Below are positions 40,851 to 49,921 of a stretch of DNA of 64,000 bases, one piece after another. The notes beneath the pieces were generated by a model, which saw only the letters and a program-made list of their open reading frames with translations, was not told where the DNA came from and did not search any database. Source of the stretch: Chloroflexota bacterium (GTDB taxonomy: Bacteria; Chloroflexota; UBA11872; VXOZ01). Within the stretch, counting starts at the first letter, position 1. Each line of letters begins with the position of its first letter. The DNA is taken from the NCBI GenBank assembly GCA_965219505.1, contig OZ244775.1, positions 2,750,815 to 2,814,814 of the forward strand, in the 5' to 3' direction. The translations under genes and the position numbers were made by a program.

Positions 40851-41309
40851 ATGCGTAGGCTTCTCCAAATCGCTGCGGGCCCATCTCTCGTCACTCTGCT
40901 GCTTGCTGCACTTACCGGCTGTTTTCCTTGGGATTCTCCGGAGCAGACGACTGCTCAACCCATCGCGAATGGTGGTTCGCGCGCTTCCGCCAAGCCGCTG
41001 CCGACTGTACCGCCGGGGATTCTCGACAAGGGCAGCGCTACTCAGGGCCAAGCGCTCTTCGCGAGCAAGGGATGCACTGCCTGCCACAAGATCGGCGGTG
41101 AAGGCGGCAGCGCCGGCCCTGCCCTGGACGGCATTGGAAATCGGGTGAAACGCCCAACCCTGGCAGGCAACCTTGAGAACACGCCGGGGAACTTGTGGCT
41201 CTGGATCACGGATCCGCAAGCGGTCAAGCGCGGTACTCTCATGGCATCGCAGCCGCTCACTCCTCAAGAAGCCGCAGACCTCGTAGCATACTTGGAGACT
41301 CTGAAGTAG
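40851..41309 (+). CDS. Class I c-type cytochrome lipoprotein (tandem paralog)
   Basis: LTGC lipobox, CTACH haem motif. The C-terminal ...PQEAADLVAYLETLK is nearly identical to the upstream paralog's ...PEEAADIVAYLRTLK. Confidence 0.8.
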   Translation: MRRLLQIAAGPSLVTLLLAALTGCFPWDSPEQTTAQPIANGGSRASAKPLPTVPPGILDKGSATQGQALFASKGCTACHKIGGEGGSAGPALDGIGNRVKRPTLAGNLENTPGNLWLWITDPQAVKRGTLMASQPLTPQEAADLVAYLETLK

Positions 41310-41524
41310 AGAGCTAAGCAGTCGGACGGCTGCCCGTTGAAGAACTTTTGCGATGCCCGTGAAGTCCGTTCGTACTTCGACAAGCTCAGCACGAACGGAC
41401 TTTGGGTGTTGGGACAAGCCGGATTGCCTCGCCGTTCGGTTCACCCTGCGGCCCTTCGACAAGCTCAGGGTGAACGTATGGTCGTGCAGACGATATCTTT
41501 GGAAACAGCCTCTTACATCGAAAC

Positions 41525-42478
41525 TTGAATGATCACAGGGATGGCGAGGTTTCGGCCATCCCTGTGCTGCATTCAAATGGTGAGGTGCGCACATTAGAGA
41601 TCGGAACGCTTGTGGTCATCCATTGCTACGCCAAAATAAATCTGACCCTGGAGATACTGGGAAAACGCGCCGATGGCTACCACGAGGTCCGCTCGGTGAT
41701 GCAGACCGTCGGACTGGCCGACCGACTGGAGGTGACGGCGGCAGAGGAGCTATCATTCACGTGTTCAGACCCGGCGCTGGCAACGCCGGATAATCTCGTC
41801 TATCGCGCCGCGCGGCTGCTGCAATCAGAGTGCGGCGTTAGCGCGGGGGCTGCGCTGCGGCTGGAAAAACGCATTCCGGCAGCCGCCGGTTTGGGCGGCG
41901 GGAGCAGCGACGCGGCGGCAACCATCATCGCCCTCAACCGGCTGTGGAATCTTCAACTATCCTTACCCGATCAAGAGCGGCTGGCAGCCAAGCTGGGTTC
42001 GGACGTGCCTTTCTTCCTAACGGGCGGCACGGCGCTGGCCACCGGCCGGGGCGAGAAGACTACGCCCTTGCCGCCTTTGCCGCCACACTGGGTCGTGCTC
42101 GTGCTGCTGCCATGCGCGCTCAGCACGGCAGCAGTCTACCAAGCCGTAACCCCAGCGGACTACACCTCAGGCGTCGCCACCGCAGACACCGTCGCGGCGG
42201 CACAACACGGAACCCTCTCACCACAGACTCGCTGGCACAACGCCCTCGCCTGCCCCGCCCGCGCGCTAGCATCGGAAATCACAACCGCACAGAATGCCTT
42301 GATCCAGGCTGGCGCTCAACACGCCCACGTCTCCGGCAGCGGCCCGACGGTCTTCACCTGCTGCAGAGACAGGCACACCGCCCACACGCTCGCCGACCGC
42401 CTCCGGGAGTGGGGGCAGACCGCCGAGGTCGTCCCATTCGTCCAGTCCGGTTGCGCTCAGGGCACACGCGGCGCGTGA
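41525..42478 (+). CDS. ispE: 4-(cytidine 5'-diphospho)-2-C-methyl-D-erythritol kinase
   Basis: YAKINLTLEI, GYHEV, and the GHMP-kinase motif PAAAGLGGGSSDAAA. The start may lie ~30 codons downstream of 41525 (GTG near VVIHCYAKINL). Confidence 0.85.
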   Translation: MNDHRDGEVSAIPVLHSNGEVRTLEIGTLVVIHCYAKINLTLEILGKRADGYHEVRSVMQTVGLADRLEVTAAEELSFTCSDPALATPDNLVYRAARLLQSECGVSAGAALRLEKRIPAAAGLGGGSSDAAATIIALNRLWNLQLSLPDQERLAAKLGSDVPFFLTGGTALATGRGEKTTPLPPLPPHWVVLVLLPCALSTAAVYQAVTPADYTSGVATADTVAAAQHGTLSPQTRWHNALACPARALASEITTAQNALIQAGAQHAHVSGSGPTVFTCCRDRHTAHTLADRLREWGQTAEVVPFVQSGCAQGTRGA

Positions 42479-42564
42479 ATGCAGAAGCCAACGGTGCTTG
42501 GGAACTGCCGGTTTCACGCGGCTTGTGGTACATTTGTCGTGAGCAAGTCAGGGAAGCGGGCAAG

Positions 42565-43959
42565 ATGAATGTTATCTGGATAGTTGCCGACACCTTTCGC
42601 AGGGACCACGTTGGCGCCTACGGCAATCCTACAATTCGCACACCTGCTCTCGATGCGCTGGCGGCCGGGTCGGTCAGGTTCGACGGCCACTATGCCGCCG
42701 GTTTCCCCACCATTCCCACGCGCGCCGACCACCACACAGGGCGTTGGACGATGTCCTTTATGGGGTGGGAGCCGCTGCCGGCGGGAGTGAACACTATTGC
42801 GGAAGTGCTGGCGGAGCACGGCTATCACACCGCGGCGTCGGTGGATACCCCCTACTATCTCAGGGACGGCATGAACTACGACCGGGGGTTTCAGTCCTTC
42901 TTCATGAACCGGGGCCAGGACACCATGTGGTCCCTCATCCCCCAGCCCGGCTATCACAATGAAGCCCTCGACGTGCGCGCGGCCTGGCACAACGAAGCGG
43001 ATCGCAATGCCCCGCGGACGTTCATGACCGCCATGCAGTGGTTGGAGCAACACTACAAAGAGGACTTCTTTCTTTACATCGACACCTGGGACCCGCATGA
43101 GCCGTGGGATGCGCCGGCGTACTACACAGAGCTCTACTGGCCGGGATACGACGGCGAGTTGGTACTCCCCTTGTACGGCAACTGGCATGACGCCCCCGGG
43201 TACACCGCAGAGCAAGTCCGGAAAGGTCACGCCACGTATTGCGGTGAGGTCACCATGGTTGACACGTGGCTGGGTTTCTTGCTCAAGGCCGTCGAGAACA
43301 TGGGCCTAACGGACACGACCACCATCATATTTACTACGGACCATGGATTCTGTTTCGGGGAGCATGGCGGCCTCTTCGGCAAGATGAACGCGGACACGTT
43401 CCCGGACGGCAGCCTGCGTCCCTATGGCGAGCCGGGATCAACCTGGACCCACTCTCCTCTCTACGAGGAGCTTGTTCACCTGCCGCTCTTGGTTTGCGTG
43501 CCCGGCATTCGTCCGGGCATATATACGGGCCTAAGTTCCGCAATTGACGTCATGCCCACTGTGCTCGATCTGATGGGTGTGGAGATTCCGCCCTACGTGC
43601 AAGGCAGGTCCCTCGTTTCCAGGATGCAAGATTCTGGGCTGCCCGGACGAGAATATGTCGTCAGCAGCATCCCCTTTGCCAACCCTGGCGATCCGGTGCA
43701 CTCCGTGGACAGCTTGCTCCGCACCCTTTCCGATTATCCGGTGACAACAATTACCGCGGGAGATTGGAGCCTACTTTACAGCCCGGCAGCCGGTCTCTCG
43801 GAACTCTACAATCTCATGTCCGATCCGCAGCAGCTTGAGAACGTCATCGGAACACACGGAGATAATGCCAGGGAAATTCATCGTTTCCTGGTTGATTTCA
43901 TGCATGAAACCAACGTGCCGGAGCGCCTCCTGCAGCCGCGCCTGGAATTGCGTGTGTAG
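42565..43959 (+). CDS. Sulfatase-family (alkaline-phosphatase superfamily) hydrolase/transferase with Thr at the formylglycine position
   Basis: MNVIWIVADTFRRDHVGAYGNPTIRTPALDALAAG..RF...Y......TIPTR...HTGR aligns with the arylsulfatase N-terminus (IVLIxADDLG...CTPSR..LLTGR), but the CxPxR Cys/Ser is Thr (T-I-P-T-R). The 5' part of the 671-aa ORF in the track is out-of-frame overlap with ispE. Confidence 0.7.
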   Translation: MNVIWIVADTFRRDHVGAYGNPTIRTPALDALAAGSVRFDGHYAAGFPTIPTRADHHTGRWTMSFMGWEPLPAGVNTIAEVLAEHGYHTAASVDTPYYLRDGMNYDRGFQSFFMNRGQDTMWSLIPQPGYHNEALDVRAAWHNEADRNAPRTFMTAMQWLEQHYKEDFFLYIDTWDPHEPWDAPAYYTELYWPGYDGELVLPLYGNWHDAPGYTAEQVRKGHATYCGEVTMVDTWLGFLLKAVENMGLTDTTTIIFTTDHGFCFGEHGGLFGKMNADTFPDGSLRPYGEPGSTWTHSPLYEELVHLPLLVCVPGIRPGIYTGLSSAIDVMPTVLDLMGVEIPPYVQGRSLVSRMQDSGLPGREYVVSSIPFANPGDPVHSVDSLLRTLSDYPVTTITAGDWSLLYSPAAGLSELYNLMSDPQQLENVIGTHGDNAREIHRFLVDFMHETNVPERLLQPRLELRV

Positions 43960-44133
43960 CTGCCCGAGAGATCGGACCTCAAGCAATCCCGGACCTGCCT
44001 GGGAAGATTGAGTGTCGGGTGGGGTCGCTCCCGCAATGAGACTGCCACGCCGCCGGGCGGCCGTGGCTAGCCTTACCGCTCGCGAGGGCCTGCCGACCGG
44101 CCAGCAACGCCCGAACGCAACTATAATTACAGC

Positions 44134-45687
44134 ATGAGCAAGAGATACGATCACATAATCGTTGGGGCAGGTTCGGCCGGTGCGGTCTTGGCGGCCCGCT
44201 TGACCGAAGACCCGCACCGGTCGGTGCTACTGCTGGAAGCCGGAAAGGACTATCCTTCAGTGGATCGGACGCCGGATCCGCTGTTGTATGTCTACGGTAC
44301 TAAGAAGTCGGTATGGGACAGCGAACACATTTGGAAGTTCCGCGCCAGGGCGACGGACGCAGCCGAGATAGATGTCCCGCGCGGCAAGGTTGTCGGTGGC
44401 TCCAGCGCCGTCAACGACGCGCAGTTTCTGCGGGCAATGCCGGAGGATTTCGACCGCTGGGCGTCGTGGGGGAATTCCGAGTGGGAGTTCAAGAAGGTCC
44501 TGCCCTACCTCAAGAAGCTGGAAGCGGACCAAGACAATTTGCACAGCGATCTCCATGGCGCAGACGGTCCCATGTATTTTCATCGGTTTACGCCGGGCGA
44601 ATGGAGTTGGCAGGCCCAGGCTTTCTATGCGGCCTGCCGCGACGCCGGTTTCCCCGACTGTCCCGACCACAATCATCCCAACGCCACCGGCGTAGGGCCG
44701 CTGGCATTCAACATCGCGGGCCGCACGCGGGTGAGCACTGCCTTCGCCTACCTTAACGATGCGCGCGCGCGTCCGGGGCTGACAATCAGACCCCGCTGCC
44801 TCGTTAACCGCGTCATATTTGCAGGCGAGCGCGCGGTAGGACTGGACGTTATCAGCGGAAATGGGTCGTCTGCCGTCTACGGCGGCGAGATCATTCTCTG
44901 TGCCGGCGCCATCGGCTCGCCGCACATCCTGGCGCTTTCCGGTATTGGACCGGCGGCACAGTTGCGGCAGGTGGGGATTCCCATAGTGCAAGACCTCCCC
45001 GGCGTCGGCCAAAACCTCCGCGACCATCCGGACGTGCCCATGGCCTGGCGCACGCGCGCGGGCTTTCGCTTGTACACCGATCAGGTCGCAACCGGCATGG
45101 TCACGCTGCGATATACGGCCTCGGGCTCGCCTTTTAAGAACGACCTGGTCATTTACATGGGCAACTACGCGGCGGCACGGCCCATGCGAGGTGCGGACCA
45201 TCAAAAGCCGGTGGGCATAGGGGTGAGCCAGTGCCTTTACTTGGCCTTGAGCCAGGGCGAACTCCGCATCCAATCGGACGACCCGAGGCAGGCGCCGTAT
45301 CTCGACTTCAACCTGCTGGACGACCCCTACGATCGTTCACGGCTCCGCGAAAGCATCAGAACGTGCGCCGACCTGTTCACGCATGCGTCCTTCGGTGAGA
45401 TAATCGATGAGCGGATCGCGCCCTCAGACGAAGTCTTGGATGACGACGATGCCTTGGACTCCTGGATGCAGCGCGAGGTGGTAACTGCCCACCACGTATC
45501 GAGCACGTGCAAAATGGGGCCCGCAAACGACCCAATGGCTGTGGTGGGCCAATACGGCAAGGTGCACGGCGTCGAGGGACTGCGTATCATTGACGCATCC
45601 ATCATGCCCGATACGGTACGGGCGAACCTCAACCATACGGTGATTGCAATGGCGGAGAAGGTGGCCGACTTCATCAAAGCAAGTTGA
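44134..45687 (+). CDS. GMC-family FAD-dependent oxidoreductase (choline dehydrogenase-like)
   Basis: YDHIIVGAGSAGAVLAARLTED N-terminal FAD motif. GMC_oxred_N and C blocks (GGSSAVN, active-site His region near the C-terminus). Confidence 0.85.
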   Translation: MSKRYDHIIVGAGSAGAVLAARLTEDPHRSVLLLEAGKDYPSVDRTPDPLLYVYGTKKSVWDSEHIWKFRARATDAAEIDVPRGKVVGGSSAVNDAQFLRAMPEDFDRWASWGNSEWEFKKVLPYLKKLEADQDNLHSDLHGADGPMYFHRFTPGEWSWQAQAFYAACRDAGFPDCPDHNHPNATGVGPLAFNIAGRTRVSTAFAYLNDARARPGLTIRPRCLVNRVIFAGERAVGLDVISGNGSSAVYGGEIILCAGAIGSPHILALSGIGPAAQLRQVGIPIVQDLPGVGQNLRDHPDVPMAWRTRAGFRLYTDQVATGMVTLRYTASGSPFKNDLVIYMGNYAAARPMRGADHQKPVGIGVSQCLYLALSQGELRIQSDDPRQAPYLDFNLLDDPYDRSRLRESIRTCADLFTHASFGEIIDERIAPSDEVLDDDDALDSWMQREVVTAHHVSSTCKMGPANDPMAVVGQYGKVHGVEGLRIIDASIMPDTVRANLNHTVIAMAEKVADFIKAS

Positions 45688-45875
45688 CCGCATTTCGGGG
45701 TCCGGCATGTCTCAATACGCGAGAACCATATAATTCAGGACTGCTGCGACCGCTAGGGCCGCTGGTTTCCGGTGGGACGAATTGCGGGAGCAGCGACTTG
45801 CCTGCGGCAGCAATGACCGCGTTCGGGGCACTGCGTCGCAATTGGGAAATGCAGCGCAGACCACGGCACGCGGAT

Positions 45876-46090
45876 TGCTCCGCCCCGCCCGCGCTCTAGC
45901 GCTGGAATCCACAACCGCATAAACCGCGCTGCTCCAGGACGGCGCCCCACACGCCCACGTCTCCGGCAGCGGCCCCACGGTTGTTGCCGTCTGTCGAAAG
46001 GAGGCTAAGGCACTCACGTTTGCCAAACGCCTCCAGGAGCAAGCATTCGCCTTGGTGGCAGTCGCCCCGTTCGTGCCAGCAGGCTAGGCG
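45876..46090 (+). pseudogene. Degenerate duplicate of the 3' end of ispE (~215 bp, ~75% identical to 42248-42470), with in-frame stops
   Basis: CCGCCCCGCCCGCGCTCTAGCGCTGGAATCCACAACCGCA...CACGCCCACGTCTCCGGCAGCGGCCCCACGGT... parallels the ispE codons for ...ACPARALASEITTAQ...AHVSGSGPTVFTC.... It contains TAG/TAA in the ispE frame. Confidence 0.75.
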
Positions 46091-46233
46091 CGCGAACAAC
46101 GCGGCCACTTGGGCAAACAGCTAAGTGGGAAGTCAGACCAAGCCCTGTGGGCGAACACTGCTTTCTTTCGTGTCATTGACTGCCGTAGTTCTTTAGGTGG
46201 AACTCAATACATCTTGCGTCCGTCCGTGTTGCG

Positions 46234-48621
46234 TCATTGTATTCCTAGTACCGGATGGAATGCTGGACCTATTGTGTATTCTTCACTCCGATTTTCACGG
46301 GAAGCAATTACCCTAGCGAAATTCCTCAAAGTACGACGATCTTCTTCATGGTCTGCCATTCTGAAGCCGTTCGCAGTCTCGATGCCTAGAAAATTGATAT
46401 CGCAAAGAAGATCAATATAGGAGTCCATGTCCTTTTCTTTGACTCCTGCCAAAGCGAACCGGGATTCGATCTCCTCTCTCTTGAACTTACTGTTTCGACC
46501 TGCAAACTCGTATAGCACTTCTTCAAGCTTACCCTTACTTGGATCGTCCTCATTGAGAACAGATTCAAAGGCGCGTTGTGAGTACTGTTCTCTAGCTGTC
46601 ATGATGTCTTCTGGCAAGACCCTATCGTGACCACGGTTAATTGCGCTGTTCACAGCCAATTTCGACAAGTCGATAAGGTCACGTGGTCGAGGTAGGACAC
46701 TCCTCAACATGAAGTCTGCGCATTCAATGCCATTCACACTCTCTGGGAAAAATGCGGACCATACTTCTTTAGGCGTGACTTGCCTAGATGCACGGTACCT
46801 CATCCTCTCATCTAACACCCTTAGCAGTAACTCGCGGTCGCTCCACGTGACTCTCTCAATTGGAAGCTTATCTTGTTCTGGCAGCCTGTGCCTAATGAAC
46901 GCAAAGATGTCACTCCGCAAAACAACAACTATCCTCGCGTCTACAGGCTTTTGACTGCTGCTAGATTTTCCAAACTCCTTTGGCACCGACTGGACAACAT
47001 CCAATAGACCTCCTATTAATTCCGCCAACTGAACGATATGCTCTCCAGGTGCCCACGGTCCATCTAGACCATCAATTAGCACAGTTAGTCTGCGTTTGCC
47101 TGACAACACATTACCAAGGTCGTTGCGAAGGCGGCTTATGATCAAGTCATGTAGTTCTTCACTAATTCTCCGCCGCTTTTCGCCCGCGTCAGCAATGCCA
47201 CCAATGCCCTTTAGCGAGGACAGTGCCCGTTCTATTCGCTCTGAAAACGGTGGACTAAGAATATGCGACTTACTCTCATAGTAGTCCAAGAACGCATCTT
47301 CATCGGTTGTTCGATCTAGGTGGGCCGGGCGGTCTAGAATCTGTTGCTTTAGGGTTGTGGCAATCTCACTATAGATGAGAAACTTCCAGAGGCTCTCAAT
47401 AAGAAAACCTCTCTCAGAGCGTTCTTGAAGCTCCTTTAAAACCCGAATTAAACCGTGAGTCTCATAACCAACTGGTTTCAGAACCGTTAAGTGATTATCT
47501 GATGTGTTGCTAATCTGGCTTGCGATAGCATAGAGAATTGCCGTCTTTCCCGTACCCCTTCGACCCAAAAGGATCGTGCACTGATTTTCTACTGCGCGAT
47601 TGTAGGAGGCAGTTCTTACAAAATACTCGTGAAGGTCGTCCGCTTCCAGCTCAGCCACGATATCCCCAAGAAAGAGCGTACGGAGGCTAAGTTGCCCTAG
47701 AGACTGAACTTGTGCCTTCCCACGACGCGATCTGAGGTCGGCCAGGTCTACGGTTACTTCGCTAAGCCAATTATTGACTCGTGTCACACACTCTCTTGCT
47801 GTGTCATGGATTTGCAACCATCTTCCATAGTCCGCTGGAGGTTTATACGGGGCATGAGCTAGAATGATCGTCGGCTTTTTAAGGCCAAGCGCCAAACCAG
47901 CTATCACAGAAGCCTTTAGGTTGTGGCTGTTGTTGTAGACCTGATCGTTACTCAAGAAGTGAACGGCAATGGCGTGTGCCGTGAGGAAATGTTCTGCATA
48001 CCACTCCAGCGATTGAGACGGAAACTCTATAGGATCGTCAATCAATAGAGATTGACCAAAGACTGAGCGTTCAAAGGCTTCGTGAGTTGAGATTACGCTA
48101 TCCGTATTCAGCGGAGGCTTCACATAAACCAATTTGAACTGTTCAGGCCGGGAAGTGTGAGGTTGAAGTCGACTATCCAAAAAGGTTTGTTCTAGGTTGT
48201 TCCACGGGCTCTCCTGTAAGATGGCTTGAGAAAGGCCTGCATGGTTGTTGTATTCCAAATACCCCATATTGAGTAGATTCTGGTATATGCGACTGTAGCG
48301 GCTTTGCGCGTTCAGTATGCCGGGATTTACGGAAGCGAGAACTCTTTTGAATCTTGCTATCGCATACCCAAGTTCGAAGCTTACATTTAAGTTTGGATAG
48401 GTGAGGTCGCAGGCGAAGATTTGGTGCCTATCAATTTGCCTCAAGATCGTAGTTTCAAGGGGTCGTCCTGATACACTCAAATCTCTCCAACGTTTGAATT
48501 GGACATCGTTCTTCTTGAGAACTCCTCTACTTTCAAGTGTCCTTATACATTGCTTGATCGTCTCACCAAGATCGGCTGGCTTATCCGGATATGCGTAGAG
48601 TGCTCTCACTCCCCTTGACAT
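46234..48621 (-). CDS. NACHT/STAND-like P-loop NTPase with two tandem N-terminal nucleoside-2-deoxyribosyltransferase/TIR-like (SLOG-like) Rossmann domains; candidate bacterial NLR-like antiphage defence protein
   Basis: 795 aa in a ~45-50% GC patch. Domain 1 has ...IDRHQIFACDLTYPNLNVSFELGYAIARFKRVL and domain 2 has ...NSHNLKASVIAGLALGLKKPTIIL; both match the D...(N/G)xxxE.GyA.a.gKp signature of NDT/TIR-like folds. Walker A LLGRRGTGKTAIL and Walker B RLTVLIDGLDGPW (hhhhDGhD as in NACHT). GGAGG RBS. Confidence 0.6.
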   Translation of the reverse strand: MSRGVRALYAYPDKPADLGETIKQCIRTLESRGVLKKNDVQFKRWRDLSVSGRPLETTILRQIDRHQIFACDLTYPNLNVSFELGYAIARFKRVLASVNPGILNAQSRYSRIYQNLLNMGYLEYNNHAGLSQAILQESPWNNLEQTFLDSRLQPHTSRPEQFKLVYVKPPLNTDSVISTHEAFERSVFGQSLLIDDPIEFPSQSLEWYAEHFLTAHAIAVHFLSNDQVYNNSHNLKASVIAGLALGLKKPTIILAHAPYKPPADYGRWLQIHDTARECVTRVNNWLSEVTVDLADLRSRRGKAQVQSLGQLSLRTLFLGDIVAELEADDLHEYFVRTASYNRAVENQCTILLGRRGTGKTAILYAIASQISNTSDNHLTVLKPVGYETHGLIRVLKELQERSERGFLIESLWKFLIYSEIATTLKQQILDRPAHLDRTTDEDAFLDYYESKSHILSPPFSERIERALSSLKGIGGIADAGEKRRRISEELHDLIISRLRNDLGNVLSGKRRLTVLIDGLDGPWAPGEHIVQLAELIGGLLDVVQSVPKEFGKSSSSQKPVDARIVVVLRSDIFAFIRHRLPEQDKLPIERVTWSDRELLLRVLDERMRYRASRQVTPKEVWSAFFPESVNGIECADFMLRSVLPRPRDLIDLSKLAVNSAINRGHDRVLPEDIMTAREQYSQRAFESVLNEDDPSKGKLEEVLYEFAGRNSKFKREEIESRFALAGVKEKDMDSYIDLLCDINFLGIETANGFRMADHEEDRRTLRNFARVIASRENRSEEYTIGPAFHPVLGIQ

Positions 48622-49114
48622 TTCCCTTGACCTCCAACTGGAGTTACTAATTCAGAGTTGTCTAGGCTTTCTATGTCATAAACTCTGAAGCCAGTTCACG
48701 AATTCTAGAACTAAGCAGATTTGAGGTGATTTTTCACGATAGTAGCTGACAAGTATGGTACACGAGCGGGGCGTAGAGCGCATTGATCTAGAATTACTGT
48801 ACGTGCGCTGAAAACAAGACTTGTAGGACCCCGCGCACCGGGGGGCTCAGTGCTTGTCGTGGGAAGGGGCCACTAGGAATAGATAGTTGCACTACAAATG
48901 GAATAAACATCAAATTCGAGCTGAGTTCAGCTTACACTACCTAGCCAAGCCCTCCATTAGGCTGAACCCCAGCGCAGCCTTGAATTAACCAGTGTAACTG
49001 CGCCCTGAAGAGCTTGCTGGTTTGCGGCGGAGTTCCCTCAACGAGGAATTGCAACCACGGAGCAGTCGGGAAATTGGCCCGCGCCAACGCCCTAAGCGAC
49101 GGAGACATAGTTGA

Positions 49115-49765
49115 GTGATGATTACAGCCGTTCACCCTTTGCGACTAGCCGCAGCTGCCTTGATCGCCGGACTCTCCTTTCTCTTAATCGTGGGTGAGGT
49201 GCGTGCTTGCTCGTGCGGGGATACGCCTTCCCCATCCGTGGCATTGGCGCAGAGCGCAAAAGTGTTCTCCGGTAAAGTCGTGCACATAAGCGATGACGGC
49301 GGCACGCGGAGAGAGCCCGCTCTGCTCAGCGGTTACATCTTGGTAGAGTTTGAGGTCTACGCAGTCTGGAAAGGCCCGGCCTATGCCACCATGTTTGTCG
49401 AAACGGCATGGTGGAGCGGCAGTTGCGGTGTAGAGTTCTATCTGGGACAAGAATGGCTGGTCTACTCCTATGACGGTGAAACCACGCACCCTTGCAGCCG
49501 CACACGTCCCTTGGAACTGGCGCAGGTAGACATTGACGAACTTGGCGAGGGCCAAGTACCTGTGCCGGGAACAATCGAGCCCTATCAACAATCCGGCGAC
49601 CGGATCGAGCGAACAAGCACGCAGGCCGCCGAGGCCGACGCGCCTACGCCTGAGGAAAGCCCTTGGCAGAATGTGATTCCGGCGTGGCTGAGTTTCACGT
49701 TCCTCATAGTTTTGGTGGTAGCGGTGCTCGGCTGGGCGCTGCGTGGGACCAGCCAGAAGAGCTAG
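49115..49765 (+). CDS. TIMP-like (NTR/netrin-like OB-fold) secreted protein with C-terminal transmembrane anchor
   Basis: Signal peptide ending VRA|CSCG. The mature N-terminus CSCGDTPSPSVALAQSAKVFSGKVV parallels TIMP-2 [24 protein letters not shown]. Further matches: EVYAVWKGP to KQIKMFKGP, SGSCGVEFYLGQEWLVYS to [20 protein letters not shown], and a conserved late Cys. Hydrophobic C-terminal helix. Confidence 0.55.
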   Translation: MMITAVHPLRLAAAALIAGLSFLLIVGEVRACSCGDTPSPSVALAQSAKVFSGKVVHISDDGGTRREPALLSGYILVEFEVYAVWKGPAYATMFVETAWWSGSCGVEFYLGQEWLVYSYDGETTHPCSRTRPLELAQVDIDELGEGQVPVPGTIEPYQQSGDRIERTSTQAAEADAPTPEESPWQNVIPAWLSFTFLIVLVVAVLGWALRGTSQKS

Positions 49766-49921
49766 GACTGTCTGTGCCCTAGGCAGACCCTCGTGCCCCA
49801 CGCGGCAGTCCCAGCATCACTACGGCGATCAGTCTAGGCGCTAGTCCGCAGAACTCGCCAGCTCAAGTCTAGAGCGACTATTGCAACAGAAGCGCCTTGT
49901 CGCCATTGAAAAGCCGCTTGC

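Noticed and set aside
40791-41594. 267-aa ORF antisense to the second cytochrome c gene and REP cluster
   Set aside because: Spans REP repeats and the cytochrome gene on the wrong strand. The cytochrome frames have lipoprotein signals and CxxCH.
41944-42564. 5' 200 codons of the 671-aa ORF preceding the sulfatase-like gene
   Set aside because: This part overlaps ispE in another frame and is Arg-rich low complexity. The sulfatase-like domain begins at an ATG with RBS at 42565.
44257-45273. 338-aa ORF antisense to the GMC oxidoreductase
   Set aside because: Fully embedded antisense ORF. The GMC frame has a canonical FAD motif.
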